DNA from: an uncultured Chloroflexia bacterium
GTDB lineage: Bacteria; Chloroflexota; Dehalococcoidia; DSTF01; JALHUB01
Length of the DNA stretch: 64,000 bases
Direction of reading: 5' to 3'
NCBI GenBank assembly: GCA_963726245.1
Contig: CAVSBT010000015.1
Coordinates: forward strand, 255,793-319,792
Shown: positions 10,117 through 20,192 of the stretch, piece after piece
Position numbering within the stretch: position 1 is the stretch's first letter
How the letters are laid out: each line of letters starts with the position of its first letter
The notes under the pieces: generated by a model
Databases searched by the model: none
Seen by the model: only the letters and a program-made list of their open reading frames with translations
What the model was told of the DNA's origin: nothing
Made by a program: the position numbers and the translations under genes

Positions 10117-10950
10117 ATGGCCCTGGACCTGAACGCGGTTGGAAAGACCTTGAAGCCCATTACTTTCGAATATGGTGACCGGGAAGTCATGCTCTATGCG
10201 CTGGGAATAGGCGCTGGCGTCGACGACCTCGACTTCACCTTCGAGAAGAACCTTAAGGTCTATCCCACCTTCGCCGTCATCCCCGGCTCGGCAGTCATTG
10301 TAGGGCTCGGCGAGCTACTGACCTTCAACTGGGTCATGCTGCTGCACGGCGAGCAGCGCATCGAGCTCAGAAGTCTCATTCCCACCAGCGGCAAGCTCAC
10401 CACCGTCGGTACTCTACGGGCCATCTACGACAAGGGCTCCGGCGCCGTGGTGGTAGTGGATGCCGAGACCAAGGACGAGGCCGGCAAGGTGCTCTTCGTC
10501 AATACCGTCAGCCTGTTCATCCGCGGCGAGGGCGGCTTCGGGGGAGACCGCGGCCCCGGCGGCCCGAAGAACGTTCCGCCGCAGCGTGCCCCCGATGCCA
10601 CCGTGGAGATGCAGACCGGCCCCAACCAGGCCCTTATCTACCGTCTCTCGGGGGACCGCAACCCCCTGCACGCCGACCCGGACTTCGCCAAGATGGCGGG
10701 CTTCGACCGTCCCATCCTGCACGGCCTCTGCACCTTCGGTCACGCCGGGCGGGCTGTCCTCAAGACCTTCTGCAACAACGACCCGGCCCGTCTCAAGGTC
10801 TTTGAGTCGCGCTTCTCGGGCGTTGTCTTCCCGGGAGACACCATCATCACCGAGATGTGGAAGGAGAGCGACAGCCTGGTCATCGTCCAGTCGAAGACCC
10901 AGCGGGGCGACGCGGTGCTAGGCAGCGCCGCCGCCACGATAGCGCCTTAG
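10117..10950 (+). CDS. MaoC-type (R)-enoyl-CoA hydratase 2
   Basis: YALGIG, LLHGEQ, YRLSGDRNPLHADP, ILHGLC hydratase-2 motif. Confidence 0.92.
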   Translation: MALDLNAVGKTLKPITFEYGDREVMLYALGIGAGVDDLDFTFEKNLKVYPTFAVIPGSAVIVGLGELLTFNWVMLLHGEQRIELRSLIPTSGKLTTVGTLRAIYDKGSGAVVVVDAETKDEAGKVLFVNTVSLFIRGEGGFGGDRGPGGPKNVPPQRAPDATVEMQTGPNQALIYRLSGDRNPLHADPDFAKMAGFDRPILHGLCTFGHAGRAVLKTFCNNDPARLKVFESRFSGVVFPGDTIITEMWKESDSLVIVQSKTQRGDAVLGSAAATIAP

Positions 10951-10969
10951 GGCAGTACAAGCGGCGCTA

Positions 10970-11004
10970 GCGTAGGGGCAGGGGTGTGAGCCCTGCCCCT
11001 ACGC
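10970..11004. repeat. GTAG-type REP hairpin
   Basis: GCGTAGGGGCAGGG-gtgtgag-CCCTGCCCCTACGC perfect inverted repeat. Confidence 0.75.
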
Positions 11005-11037
11005 ATCCACGCGGAGCGAACGTGGAGGGACAGGACC

Positions 11038-12393
11038 ATGTTGGGGGAATCGCAACTCCGGAACCTGGCAGACCGCATCCTGGCGATGAGCCCGGCGGAC
11101 CAGACCGAGGTCCTCGTCTTCTCGGGCTCGTCCGCCCTCACGCGGTTCGCGAACAACTACATCCATCAGAACGTGGAGGAGGAGGACGCCGACGTCCGCC
11201 TGCGGGTGGTGCTGGGCCTGTCCTCCGGTGGCGCCAAGATCGGCGTCGCCTCCACCAACGTCCTCAGCGACGAGTCGCTGCGGGCGCTGGTGGAGCGGGC
11301 CACGGAGATGGCGCGTCGCCAGAAGGAGAACGCTGACTTCCGCTCGCTGCCCGACCCTCAGCCCGTCCGCGCCGTCGACTCCTTCGTGGAGCGGACGGCC
11401 CGCTGCGGCCCCGAGGAGCGCGCTGCCGTCATTGCCCGCATCTGCGACGCCTCGATCCGCGCCGGCCTAACCGCTGCCGGCGCCTTCCGCACCGCCGTCG
11501 GCGAAGTCACAGTCGCCAACTCCCTGGGCGTCTTCGCCTACCACCGCGAAGCTGCCGCCGACATCAACACGGTGGTCATGGGGGAGACCAGCAGCGGCCA
11601 CGCCGAGCGCGTCTCCCTGGACGTGGCAGACATCGACGGCGATGAGGTGGCTCGCGAGGCCGTCGACAAGGCGCTGCGCGGCGCCAACCCCATTGCCCTG
11701 GAGCCCGGCGAGTACCCTGTGATCTTAGAGGAGTACGCCGTCGCCGACTTGCTCGACTTCTTCGCGTACCTGTCGTTCGGCGCGCAGGCCTATCAGGAGA
11801 AGCGCAGCTTTATGTCGGGACGGCTGGGTGAGAAGGTCATGGGCGAGAACGTGTCGATCTGGGACGACGGCCTGGCCCCCAACACGATACCCAGCCCCTT
11901 CGACTTCGAGGGCGTGCCCAGGCAGCGGGTCGACTTCGTGACGGCGGGGGTGGCCTGCGGCGTCGTCTACGACAGCTACTCGGCAGGCAAGGAGGAGGGC
12001 CGCCGGTCGACGGGCCACGCCCTGCCGGCCGGCGCCACCTTCGGTCCCGTGCCGGGCAACATGTTCCTCAGCGCCGGCGACGCCACCAAGGAGGAGATGC
12101 TCGCCTCCATCGAGCGCGGCGTGTGGGTGAGCCGCTTCTGGTACACGCGGCCCGTGCACCCCTTGAAGGTGATCGTGACGGGCATGACCCGCGACGGCAC
12201 CTTCCTCATCGAGAAGGGGCGAATCACCGCTCCCATCAAGAACCTCCGATTCACCCAGAGCTACCTGGACGCCCTGAACGAGGTGGAGGCCATCGGGCGC
12301 GAGACGCGCCTGCTGCCCGCTATCGCCGGGCACAGCCGGGTGCCCGCACTCCACATCCGGCGCTGGAGCTTCACCGGCGCCACCGAGTTCTAG
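11038..12393 (+). CDS. pmbA: PmbA/TldE family protein
   Basis: LTRFANNYIHQN, FDFEGVP, STGHA, TGMTRDG; no HExxxH motif. Confidence 0.88.
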   Translation: MLGESQLRNLADRILAMSPADQTEVLVFSGSSALTRFANNYIHQNVEEEDADVRLRVVLGLSSGGAKIGVASTNVLSDESLRALVERATEMARRQKENADFRSLPDPQPVRAVDSFVERTARCGPEERAAVIARICDASIRAGLTAAGAFRTAVGEVTVANSLGVFAYHREAAADINTVVMGETSSGHAERVSLDVADIDGDEVAREAVDKALRGANPIALEPGEYPVILEEYAVADLLDFFAYLSFGAQAYQEKRSFMSGRLGEKVMGENVSIWDDGLAPNTIPSPFDFEGVPRQRVDFVTAGVACGVVYDSYSAGKEEGRRSTGHALPAGATFGPVPGNMFLSAGDATKEEMLASIERGVWVSRFWYTRPVHPLKVIVTGMTRDGTFLIEKGRITAPIKNLRFTQSYLDALNEVEAIGRETRLLPAIAGHSRVPALHIRRWSFTGATEF

Positions 12394-12566
12394 GGCGGGC
12401 GGCAGGCCAAAGCACGCAATTCCTTCTCCTGCAGATGCCAGCAGTCATCTCTCCGGGGTGAGAGAGCCGGCCCGCGCCACTTCGCCATGGACAAGCCGCC
12501 ATGATGCGCCGGGCGCGCAGCGCGTTATGGTAACATATAGGTTAGATGCTGAATAGGAGGTCACTG

Positions 12567-13085
12567 ATGCGAAGCAAGAGGCTTCTTCCGTTCATGTTCC
12601 TTGGCATTTCCGCCCTAGCCCTGGTGGCCGTAGCCTGCGGTGGCGGAGGGGGGAACGCCACGCCCACATCGACCCGGCCAGCCGCCGCCGCTTCACCGAC
12701 AATGGCAGCGATGGCTTCGCCAACGGCCGGCGCGACGGCCGCGGCCTCCAGCACTCCCGCCACGGGCGCGACGGCGGCGCCGTCCGGCCAGACCGTTGAG
12801 ATCTCGGCCGTCCCCCGTATCAAGTTCGACAAGGACACGATCACGGTGAAAGCCGGCAGCCAGGTCACGCTGAAGTTCACCAACAACGACACGGGCGTGC
12901 CACACAACTGGTCTGCCTACACTGACTCGACGGCCTCGACGCCCATTCCCGGCGCCAAGACCGCGACCTGTACAGGAGCCTGCGAGGAGCAGATCACCTT
13001 CACGGCGCCCAGCCAGCCCGGGAATTACTTCTTCCGCTGCGACGTCCACCCGTCGGTCATGAAGGGGACTCTGGTCGTCCAGTAG
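12567..13085 (+). CDS. Cupredoxin (type 1 copper) lipoprotein
   Basis: Lipobox AVAC, Ala/Thr linker, PHN...CDVHP..M copper ligands. Confidence 0.85.
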   Translation: MRSKRLLPFMFLGISALALVAVACGGGGGNATPTSTRPAAAASPTMAAMASPTAGATAAASSTPATGATAAPSGQTVEISAVPRIKFDKDTITVKAGSQVTLKFTNNDTGVPHNWSAYTDSTASTPIPGAKTATCTGACEEQITFTAPSQPGNYFFRCDVHPSVMKGTLVVQ

Positions 13086-13324
13086 GGGCCTGGGGCAGCG
13101 TCAAGAGCTCTCTGCAATCCCTTCGGGGGGCATCCTTCCAAGCTCGCTCTTGGGCGGGAGTACGCTGCCACCTTGCGTCGCTCGCCAGGCGGGCGGCACC
13201 CTGGCCGCCCGCCCCTAGCGTGAGGACGCCCCAGCCCTTATCCTCACCGTGGGCGTGCTCGTTTCGGAGAGCAACCCGCTATTCCCACATCACAGGAACC
13301 AGCCAGCCTCAGGAGAGGGAGCAG

Positions 13325-13693
13325 ATGGCGACGATTACTGTTGTCGTGGGCGACCCGCCCTACGGGAAGGAACGAGTGTATACTGCCCTCCGGTTCGTAC
13401 TGGTGGCCCTTCACGAAGGACACCAGGCGAAGCTCTTCCTCCTGGAGGACGCCGTCTTCGCGGCCAAGAGCGGACAGCAGCCGCCGGCGATGCCCGTCGG
13501 CGATGTTGGCATGCCCAACTGCGAGGAGCTGCTGCGGGCAGCGATAAAGGAGGGGCTGACGGTCACGGCCTGCCGCGTCTGCTCGATGGAACGGGGCCTC
13601 GAGCCGGAGGAAGTCATGGAGGGTGTGGAGATCGGCTCCATGGTCGACCTGGTCAACTGGGTGGTGGAAAGCGACAGGACGGTGTTCTTCTAG
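13325..13693 (+). CDS. DsrE/DsrF-like sulfur relay protein
   Basis: DPPYGKER, LFLLEDAV, CRVCSMERG. Confidence 0.85.
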   Translation: MATITVVVGDPPYGKERVYTALRFVLVALHEGHQAKLFLLEDAVFAAKSGQQPPAMPVGDVGMPNCEELLRAAIKEGLTVTACRVCSMERGLEPEEVMEGVEIGSMVDLVNWVVESDRTVFF

Positions 13694-13776
13694 GCCGCAG
13701 CGGCATCATCGGGAACCCCGGCGGCCCGCAGACCAGAAGGCTTGCGCCAGCAGCAGGAAGCGAGAAGACACAGCCA

Positions 13777-15228
13777 ATGGCATGGGACCCTGGACTTGAG
13801 GTTGCCTTCAACCCGCGCTCCGTCGCCGTACTGGGGGCCTCCACCAAGGAGCGCGGCGGCGGGAACATGTTCATTCGCGGTATGCAGGAGATGGAGTACG
13901 AGGGGAAGCTGTACCCCATCAACCCCAACGCCGAGGAGATCATGGGCTACAAGTGCTACCCCTCGCTGGCGGCCGTGCCGGAGGTTCCCGACCTCGTGAT
14001 CCTTGCAGTAGGGGTCGGGCGCGCCGAGCAGGCGCTCGAAGAGTGCATCGCTAAGGGTGCCCGGAACATCCACATGTTCACAGCGGGCTTCGCTGAGACC
14101 GGCGAGGAGGAAGGGGCCGGCCTGGCTGAACGGCTCCAAGAGATCGCGCGCCGCGGCGCGCTCAACATCGTCGGGCCGAACTGCATGGGCATCTACTCGC
14201 CGCGGGGGCGCATATCGCCCTGGGGCAAGCTGCCCACCGAGGTCGGGCCCATCGCCATGATCACGCAGAGCGGCGCGCTCGGCAGCGAGTTCGTCCGTCT
14301 CGCTCCCGACCACGGTCTTCTCATGAGCAAGGTCATCTCCTACGGCAACGGTTATGTCCTGGACTGCACCGACTACCTGGAGTACTTCGAGGACGACCCG
14401 GAAACCAAGTTCATCGCGATGTACCTGGAGGGCGTCCAGGACGGGGCGAAGCTGCTGCAAATGGTGAAGAGGATCTCTCCCAGGAAGCCGATCGTCATCT
14501 GGAAGGGAGGCCTCACGTCGGCCGGCGCCAAGGCGGCCGCTTCCCACACCGGCGCCCTGGCCGGACAGAACGCCGTCTGGGACGCCTTCTTCGCGCAATC
14601 GGGGGCGGTTCGCGTGGACTCAACCGAGCAGATGGTGGACGTTCTTCAGGCGTTGGTCCGGCTGCCGCCCTGCTCCGGACGTGGAGTGGCCATCATGGGG
14701 GGTGCGGGTGGAACCAGCGTGTCCGCCGCCGACATCTGCGCCCGCGCCGGCCTCTCCGTGCCTACTCTCTCGGAGGAAGTTCAGAGTGAGCTGCGCACGT
14801 TCATCCGCGTGGCGGGCACCAGCGTGCGTAACCCTCTGGACGTGAACATGCAGCTCAGGGGACCGGAGGACTTCCTGCACGTGCTGGAGATCGTGGCGGA
14901 CGACCCGGGGATCGACATCATCATCATGGTGCTCTACCCATTCATGAGGCGCTTCGTCGGACCCAAGTGGATGCGAAAGGTGATGGACGACCTGGCGAGA
15001 TTCGCCCAGACAGCAGGCAGGAATAAGCCATTCCTGGTCGCCATGCGCAACCCCGCCGACAACCTCGACGCGGAGAAGGTCAGACTGCAGATCACACAGG
15101 ACCTCATTGCTGCCGGCATTCCCGTATTCAAGAACGTTGAGCGGGCATGCTACGCGGTCTACAAGTTCACCGGCTACTACCGCGTTCTGGAGGACGGCCG
15201 CGGGCCAGAGGCGCCTCCCACCTTCTAG
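13777..15228 (+). CDS. ADP-forming acyl-CoA synthetase alpha subunit (CoA-binding)
   Basis: FNPRSVAVLGAS, GPNCMG, QSGALG, ASHTGALAG phospho-His motif, NPLD. Confidence 0.9.
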   Translation: MAWDPGLEVAFNPRSVAVLGASTKERGGGNMFIRGMQEMEYEGKLYPINPNAEEIMGYKCYPSLAAVPEVPDLVILAVGVGRAEQALEECIAKGARNIHMFTAGFAETGEEEGAGLAERLQEIARRGALNIVGPNCMGIYSPRGRISPWGKLPTEVGPIAMITQSGALGSEFVRLAPDHGLLMSKVISYGNGYVLDCTDYLEYFEDDPETKFIAMYLEGVQDGAKLLQMVKRISPRKPIVIWKGGLTSAGAKAAASHTGALAGQNAVWDAFFAQSGAVRVDSTEQMVDVLQALVRLPPCSGRGVAIMGGAGGTSVSAADICARAGLSVPTLSEEVQSELRTFIRVAGTSVRNPLDVNMQLRGPEDFLHVLEIVADDPGIDIIIMVLYPFMRRFVGPKWMRKVMDDLARFAQTAGRNKPFLVAMRNPADNLDAEKVRLQITQDLIAAGIPVFKNVERACYAVYKFTGYYRVLEDGRGPEAPPTF

Positions 15229-15337
15229 AGCCTCCACCAGACTGCCAAGGCTTCGCCAGACCACCAGCGTCGGTGTGGGCTCCATCCTGCGGAGCACCGC
15301 AGAAATCGCCCCGTCGTGCCGATACTAGAGTGAGACT

Positions 15338-16351
15338 ATGATGACATCGCGTGCACTCACCATTGCTGTGTCGGCGCTGGTGCTACTGGCGATCGCAGGC
15401 GTCGCCGCCATAGCGCTGGCCTTCAAGGGGGGAGGCGCAGATCAGTCGGAGAAACCCGAGGTGGCGGCCAGTCCAGAAGTCACTCTTGCCCCGGCCACCG
15501 TCACACCCACACCTGAGCCCGAGGCGCCAGCCACCGTTACACTTACACCAGAGCCCGCGGCGCCAGGCTCGCCCAAGCCGCCGACCCCCACAACGATAGG
15601 TGCCGCCTTCAAGCCCACGTTTACGCCCACGGTATTCGGAACCCGGCCCTCCCCCACGCCGAAGCCCAACACTCCCGAGCCTTCGGGCCCTGGCCCATCG
15701 GGCCCCGGCCCTTCGGGCCCATCGGAGCCGCCTCCCGCGACCCTTCCAGACCTCGTGGTGCTGGACCTGGCCGTCTCTGGAGATCGGGTGGTGGCTGTGA
15801 TCGGCAACCTGGGTGAACAGGAGATTCCGGCCGGGGCCGTCCTCGAGTTGGCGCTGGGCAGCGAGGTGGTAGCTTCCGGCACACTCCCGCAAAGCCTGGG
15901 CCCTGGCGGTAACTTCACCCTTTTGCTGGCCCAGGAGTTCGTGTACGGACCGGAATCTGTGGCCGCCAGCGTGGACCCACGCAACATCGTCAAAGAGGCG
16001 GACGAGACAAACAACAGCCTGACTCGGCAATTGGGGCCGGATATCCCGCTGGACCTCGCGCTGACGGGCCTCAACGCCGTCGGTGGCGACGAGCACCTCT
16101 CGGTTAGCGTGGAGAACAAGTCGCCGGTATCGGCCCGTCAGGTCACGGCCCGCCTCTCCGTCTACCGCTCGGACGTCAGCAGCCCGCTCTCCACCACCAT
16201 CCACCAGCTCGACATCGACCCACAAGCCACCATTGAGCTCGCCCCCGGGCTCTCCGCCGTGCGCGGCCTCACCCTGCGCGCGACGCTGGAGCTGGTCGGT
16301 ATCGCAGACGGTGACCCGGCCAACAACGCGCTGGAGATCCTTATCCCTTAG
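15338..16351 (+). CDS. Membrane-anchored Pro/Thr-rich protein with CARDB-like Ig domains
   Basis: N-terminal TM, PT linker, LPDLVV, VDPRNIVKEADETNN, DPANN. Confidence 0.75.
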   Translation: MMTSRALTIAVSALVLLAIAGVAAIALAFKGGGADQSEKPEVAASPEVTLAPATVTPTPEPEAPATVTLTPEPAAPGSPKPPTPTTIGAAFKPTFTPTVFGTRPSPTPKPNTPEPSGPGPSGPGPSGPSEPPPATLPDLVVLDLAVSGDRVVAVIGNLGEQEIPAGAVLELALGSEVVASGTLPQSLGPGGNFTLLLAQEFVYGPESVAASVDPRNIVKEADETNNSLTRQLGPDIPLDLALTGLNAVGGDEHLSVSVENKSPVSARQVTARLSVYRSDVSSPLSTTIHQLDIDPQATIELAPGLSAVRGLTLRATLELVGIADGDPANNALEILIP

Positions 16352-16397
16352 CCTTCGGGGAGCCTTAGGGGCCCGAACCCACTCCCGCTGGACGAAG

Positions 16398-16436
16398 AGG
16401 CCGGTGCGCTAGCGCTGCGCTCGGGCACCGGCCTTG
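16398..16436. terminator. Hairpin between convergent genes
   Basis: AGGCCGGTGC...GCACCGGCCT inverted repeat. Confidence 0.45.
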
Positions 16437-16446
16437 TCTCGCTCTT

Positions 16447-17199
16447 CTATGGAGTGGGGGTGTCTGTGGCGCTGGTGTCAGTGATCGGATAGGGCGGCTG
16501 GAAATCGCTGTCCGACACGTCGCGGCTGAAAGCGGTGGCTTCCAGGGTAGACTCGGCGCCCTGAGCGGTCGACTTCGTGTAGAGGGGCACGGCTTCCTTG
16601 CTCAGGCAGATCTCGGCTTCGCCATCGAGACCGGAAGAGCGAATCGTGTAGCAGTCGGCGTCCTCGCCCGCGATGTTGCGGGTGCTGGTCGACACGACCT
16701 CAAGGCTGGAGTCGGTCAGGACTTTCTCCAAGTCGGCTACAATCTGGCCCGCTCCCTCGCCAGCCTGGGTGGCGGCCGCGAAGCAAGTGTCACTTTCCCC
16801 CGCCTGACTAGCTGGGGAGCAGACATAGGACTTGTCGGGAGTTGTGATGTAGGTAGCTGTCGTCGTCGTCCCGGCGCTCTCACTCTGGAAGTCCTCCCGC
16901 AGGAGGTCCCCCTTCTTGTACATGATCAAGGTGCCGGAGAAGTCTCCCTGCGTGCCACCGGTGCTCTTGACGTCGAACGTGGCCTTGAAGTTGGCCTGCG
17001 CGAATTTATCGCTTAGGCCGCTGAACTGACCCGCCTGAGGGGTACCTGCAGGTTGAGGTGTCTCCCCGGCCGCTGCGGTCGGCCCAGCGGGGCTTGTCTG
17101 CGTTGGGGACTTGTTGTCCCCTCCGCCTCCACAGGCCCATGCCAGCATCGAAGAGGCCACGATAAGCGACAGTAGAACCAGCCACTTGGGAAATCGCAT
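16447..17199 (-). CDS. Lipoprotein of unknown function (LolA-like/DUF4412-like fold possible)
   Basis: Signal peptide with lipobox LAWAC; IAGEDADCY and VSDSDFQPP pattern. Confidence 0.7.
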   Translation of the reverse strand: MRFPKWLVLLSLIVASSMLAWACGGGGDNKSPTQTSPAGPTAAAGETPQPAGTPQAGQFSGLSDKFAQANFKATFDVKSTGGTQGDFSGTLIMYKKGDLLREDFQSESAGTTTTATYITTPDKSYVCSPASQAGESDTCFAAATQAGEGAGQIVADLEKVLTDSSLEVVSTSTRNIAGEDADCYTIRSSGLDGEAEICLSKEAVPLYTKSTAQGAESTLEATAFSRDVSDSDFQPPYPITDTSATDTPTP

Positions 17200-17385
17200 G
17201 TTATCCCCCTAGACAGCAGGACGGAATCCTGCCCTTGTTCTCAATGATCACCACAGAGCCACGCCGCCGCGAAGCGGCTCCCTTATGACTGTAGACTCAG
17301 ACCGGCGGGCGATCAAGTGCCATCTGCACGAAACGGGCCACGAACGCGGGTCGAACGCGGTCATGCTGCGACCGACGAACTGTGG

Positions 17386-17414
17386 TTGACCCGAAGATCG
17401 GGCGACACTATACT
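17386..17414 (+). promoter_or_regulatory. Sigma70-type promoter of DUF47-pit
   Basis: TTGACC-17 nt-TATACT. Confidence 0.65.
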
Positions 17415-17541
17415 GACCATCGATAACTATTGGTGAAGGCCTCTATGCCTTTTCGCATACGGCCAGGTCTTGAGAGAGCACAAGGGAAGGGACTGGTGAT
17501 AGCGCCCGCGGGCGCTATCACCCTTCTTAGGGGGAGGCCGG

Positions 17542-18168
17542 GTGCGCATCTCGCTTATCCCCAGAGACTACCATTTCTTCGACCTGCTCCATGCCAGCGC
17601 CAAGAACCTGGTTGAGGCGGGTGAAACCCTGCTTGATCTCATGCAGCACTACCAGAACGTCGAGATGAAGATCGCCCATATGGGTGAGCTGGAGCACAAA
17701 GGGGACACCATCACCCACGAGATCATGGCGCGCCTGCACAAGACGTTCGTTACCCCTATAGAGCGCGAGGATATCGCCCGGCTGGCCGACAACCTGGACG
17801 ACGTGATGGACCATGTCGAGGAGGCGACCGCCAACATGAAGCTCTATGAGGTGTCAAGCCCGACGGCCCTCAGCGCGGAGATAGCGGACATTGTGCGCCT
17901 GATGACCATCAAGGTGGAGGAGGCGATATCGCGCCTGCCTGACCGTCGCCGCATGCGGGATATCCTCCCCTACTGCGTGGAGCTCAACCGCCTGGAGAAC
18001 GTCGGCGATGAGCTCTTCCGGAAGGCGATGGCCGAGCTCTTCCAGACTGAGACCGACACCGCGGAGATCATCAAGTGGCGTGACATCTACCGCCCGCTGG
18101 AGGCGGCCATGGATCGATGTGAGGATGTCGCCAACCTGCTGGAAGGGATCGTCCTCCGGCATGCCTGA
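17542..18168 (+). CDS. DUF47 phosphate transport regulator (PhoU-like)
   Basis: EHKGD, FVTPIEREDI, LDDVMD, LENVGD, DRCEDVAN; adjacent to pit. Confidence 0.92.
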   Translation: MRISLIPRDYHFFDLLHASAKNLVEAGETLLDLMQHYQNVEMKIAHMGELEHKGDTITHEIMARLHKTFVTPIEREDIARLADNLDDVMDHVEEATANMKLYEVSSPTALSAEIADIVRLMTIKVEEAISRLPDRRRMRDILPYCVELNRLENVGDELFRKAMAELFQTETDTAEIIKWRDIYRPLEAAMDRCEDVANLLEGIVLRHA

Positions 18169-18248
18169 CGGTTCGCGATCTTGTCCCAGCCTGAAGTACA
18201 AGGGGTCTTGCCGGCCCCTTGTCGTTGTGTAGCGAGGCGCCTGGGCGG

Positions 18249-19244
18249 TTGGACGCTGAGCTTGCGGGCATAATCTTCCTCGTCGGTGTCGCCCTTCTCT
18301 TCGACTTCCTGAACGGCATGCACGATGCCGCCAACTCGATCGCCACCGTTGTCTCCACCAGGGTCCTCAGCCCGCTGCAGGCGGTGGTTTGGGCGGCCTT
18401 CTTCAACTTCGTGGCAGCCTTCTTCTTCGGTGTCAGCGTCGCCAATACCATCGGCACGGGCATCATTCACACCAATATCGTGAACGAACACGTTATCTTC
18501 TCCGCGCTCGCCGGCGCTATCGTCTGGAATGCCGTGACGATCTACCTGGGGTTGCCCATCAGCTCCTCCCACGCCCTCGTCGGCGGGCTGATGGGAGCGG
18601 GGCTAGCGTACGGCGGCCCGGACACCCTCGTCTTCGGTGGAATAAGGAAAGTGGTCATCTTCATGGGCCTGGCGCCGCTCATCGGGTTCTCTGTGGCGGC
18701 GCCTCTCATGATTGGCGTGCTGTGGTTGATACGCGGGATGGCCCCTCGCACGGTAGGGCGCGTGTTCGGTCGCCTTCAATTAGTCTCTGCCGCTGCGTTT
18801 AGCCTGGGCCACGGAACCAACGATGCCCAGAAGACGATGGGGATCATCGCCGTGCTGCTGTTCTCCACCGGCCACCTGGGGGACCACTTCTACGTGCCCA
18901 TCTGGGTGATCCTGGCGGCCCATGCCTCCATAGCGACGGGCACGCTGTTGGGAGGGTGGAGGATAGTGAGGACGCTGGGCATGCGCGTCACGGAGCTCCG
19001 GCCGCACGGAGGGTTCTGCGCCGAGACGGCGGCGGCGGTGACCCTCTTCGCCACCGCGCACGCCGGCATACCCGCGAGCACTACTCACACCATCACGGGC
19101 GCCATCATCGGCGTGGGATCCACGCGACGCCTCTCGGCCGTACGCTGGGGGGTCGCGGGGAACATTGTCACCGCCTGGATCCTCACCATACCAGGCGCCG
19201 CTATCGTGTCCTTTCTGACCTTCTACGCCACCAAGTTCCTGTAG
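18249..19244 (+). CDS. pit: Inorganic phosphate transporter (PiT family)
   Basis: GMHDAANSIAT and GHGTNDAQK signature motifs, PISSSH. Confidence 0.93.
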   Translation: MDAELAGIIFLVGVALLFDFLNGMHDAANSIATVVSTRVLSPLQAVVWAAFFNFVAAFFFGVSVANTIGTGIIHTNIVNEHVIFSALAGAIVWNAVTIYLGLPISSSHALVGGLMGAGLAYGGPDTLVFGGIRKVVIFMGLAPLIGFSVAAPLMIGVLWLIRGMAPRTVGRVFGRLQLVSAAAFSLGHGTNDAQKTMGIIAVLLFSTGHLGDHFYVPIWVILAAHASIATGTLLGGWRIVRTLGMRVTELRPHGGFCAETAAAVTLFATAHAGIPASTTHTITGAIIGVGSTRRLSAVRWGVAGNIVTAWILTIPGAAIVSFLTFYATKFL

Positions 19245-19370
19245 ATATTGGAGGGAGCTAGCCGGCGGGCCTCAGCGTTGACCGTCGAATCCGGCGATGG
19301 CACACTGCAGGCAGGTCCTGCCTGATCAGGTTGCCACAGATCCACCCACGCTCAGAAAGGGGACCCCAGA

Positions 19371-20162
19371 ATGGAGTACCGCGACCTCCTCTACGCCAAG
19401 GATGGTCATATCGCCACGATCACCCTCAACCGGCCCGACCGCCTGAACGCCATCAGCCTGGCGATGCTCGAAAGCTTCTCCGCAGCCCTGCGAGAAGCGG
19501 ACGCGGACCACGAGGTGCGGGTCATCATTCTCACCGGGGCGGGCCGGGGGTTCTGCGCCGGATTGGACTTGAAAGACCCGGGCGGCCTCCAGCCCAGCGA
19601 GGAGCAGGGCGGGCGCTCGGCCCGCTTCGACCTGGCCAGCAGCCCACCAGTGGTCCTGCACACCACCGACAAGCCGGTGATCTGCGCTCTGAACGGCGCC
19701 GCCGTCGGCTATGGCTTCGACATGGCGCTCGGCTGCGACATCCGCATCGCTTCCGAGCAGGGAAGATTGGGGGCTGTCTTCACCAGGAGGGCCATCGTGC
19801 CCGAGAGCGGCGGCACATGGCTGCTGCCGCGCCTCGTGGGCTGGGCGAAGGCCTGCGAGCTGGCGTTCCGGGGCGCCATAATCAGCGCCGAGGAAGCCTT
19901 AAGGCTTGGGCTGGTGAACGCCGTCGTCCCCCACGAGCGGCTGATGACCGAGGCGCACGCCTGGGCGGAGGAGATAGCCGGCAACGCCCCTCTGGCTGTG
20001 CAGGCCACGAAGCGCATGATGCGTCTGGGTCTGGAGGAGACCTTCCAGGCCAGCGTTCACCACGTGTACCTCCAGCTCCTGCCGCTCTTCGCCAGCCAGG
20101 ACTTCATCGAAGGGATCCAGTCGTTCATGGAGAAGCGGCCGCCTCAGTTCAAGGGGCGGTAA
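19371..20162 (+). CDS. Enoyl-CoA hydratase/isomerase (crotonase family)
   Basis: LNRPDRLNA, FCAGLDL, NGAAVGYG, CDIRIA, PESGG. Confidence 0.92.
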   Translation: MEYRDLLYAKDGHIATITLNRPDRLNAISLAMLESFSAALREADADHEVRVIILTGAGRGFCAGLDLKDPGGLQPSEEQGGRSARFDLASSPPVVLHTTDKPVICALNGAAVGYGFDMALGCDIRIASEQGRLGAVFTRRAIVPESGGTWLLPRLVGWAKACELAFRGAIISAEEALRLGLVNAVVPHERLMTEAHAWAEEIAGNAPLAVQATKRMMRLGLEETFQASVHHVYLQLLPLFASQDFIEGIQSFMEKRPPQFKGR

Positions 20163-20192
20163 CGTCGAGGCGGGGCAGCGGGCCGGCGGGCG

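Noticed and set aside
7354-12393. TldD/PmbA as part of a RiPP cluster
   Set aside because: No precursor peptide, YcaO or radical SAM gene nearby; intervening genes are unrelated
13249-13776. Long N-terminal extension of the acyl-CoA synthetase overlapping DsrE
   Set aside because: Homology starts near ATG 13777; the extension is a GC-rich open frame over the real DsrE gene
19278-19310. Fluoride riboswitch-like GGCGATGG
   Set aside because: No pseudoknot partner; better explained as the spacer of a TTGACC-17-CACACT promoter
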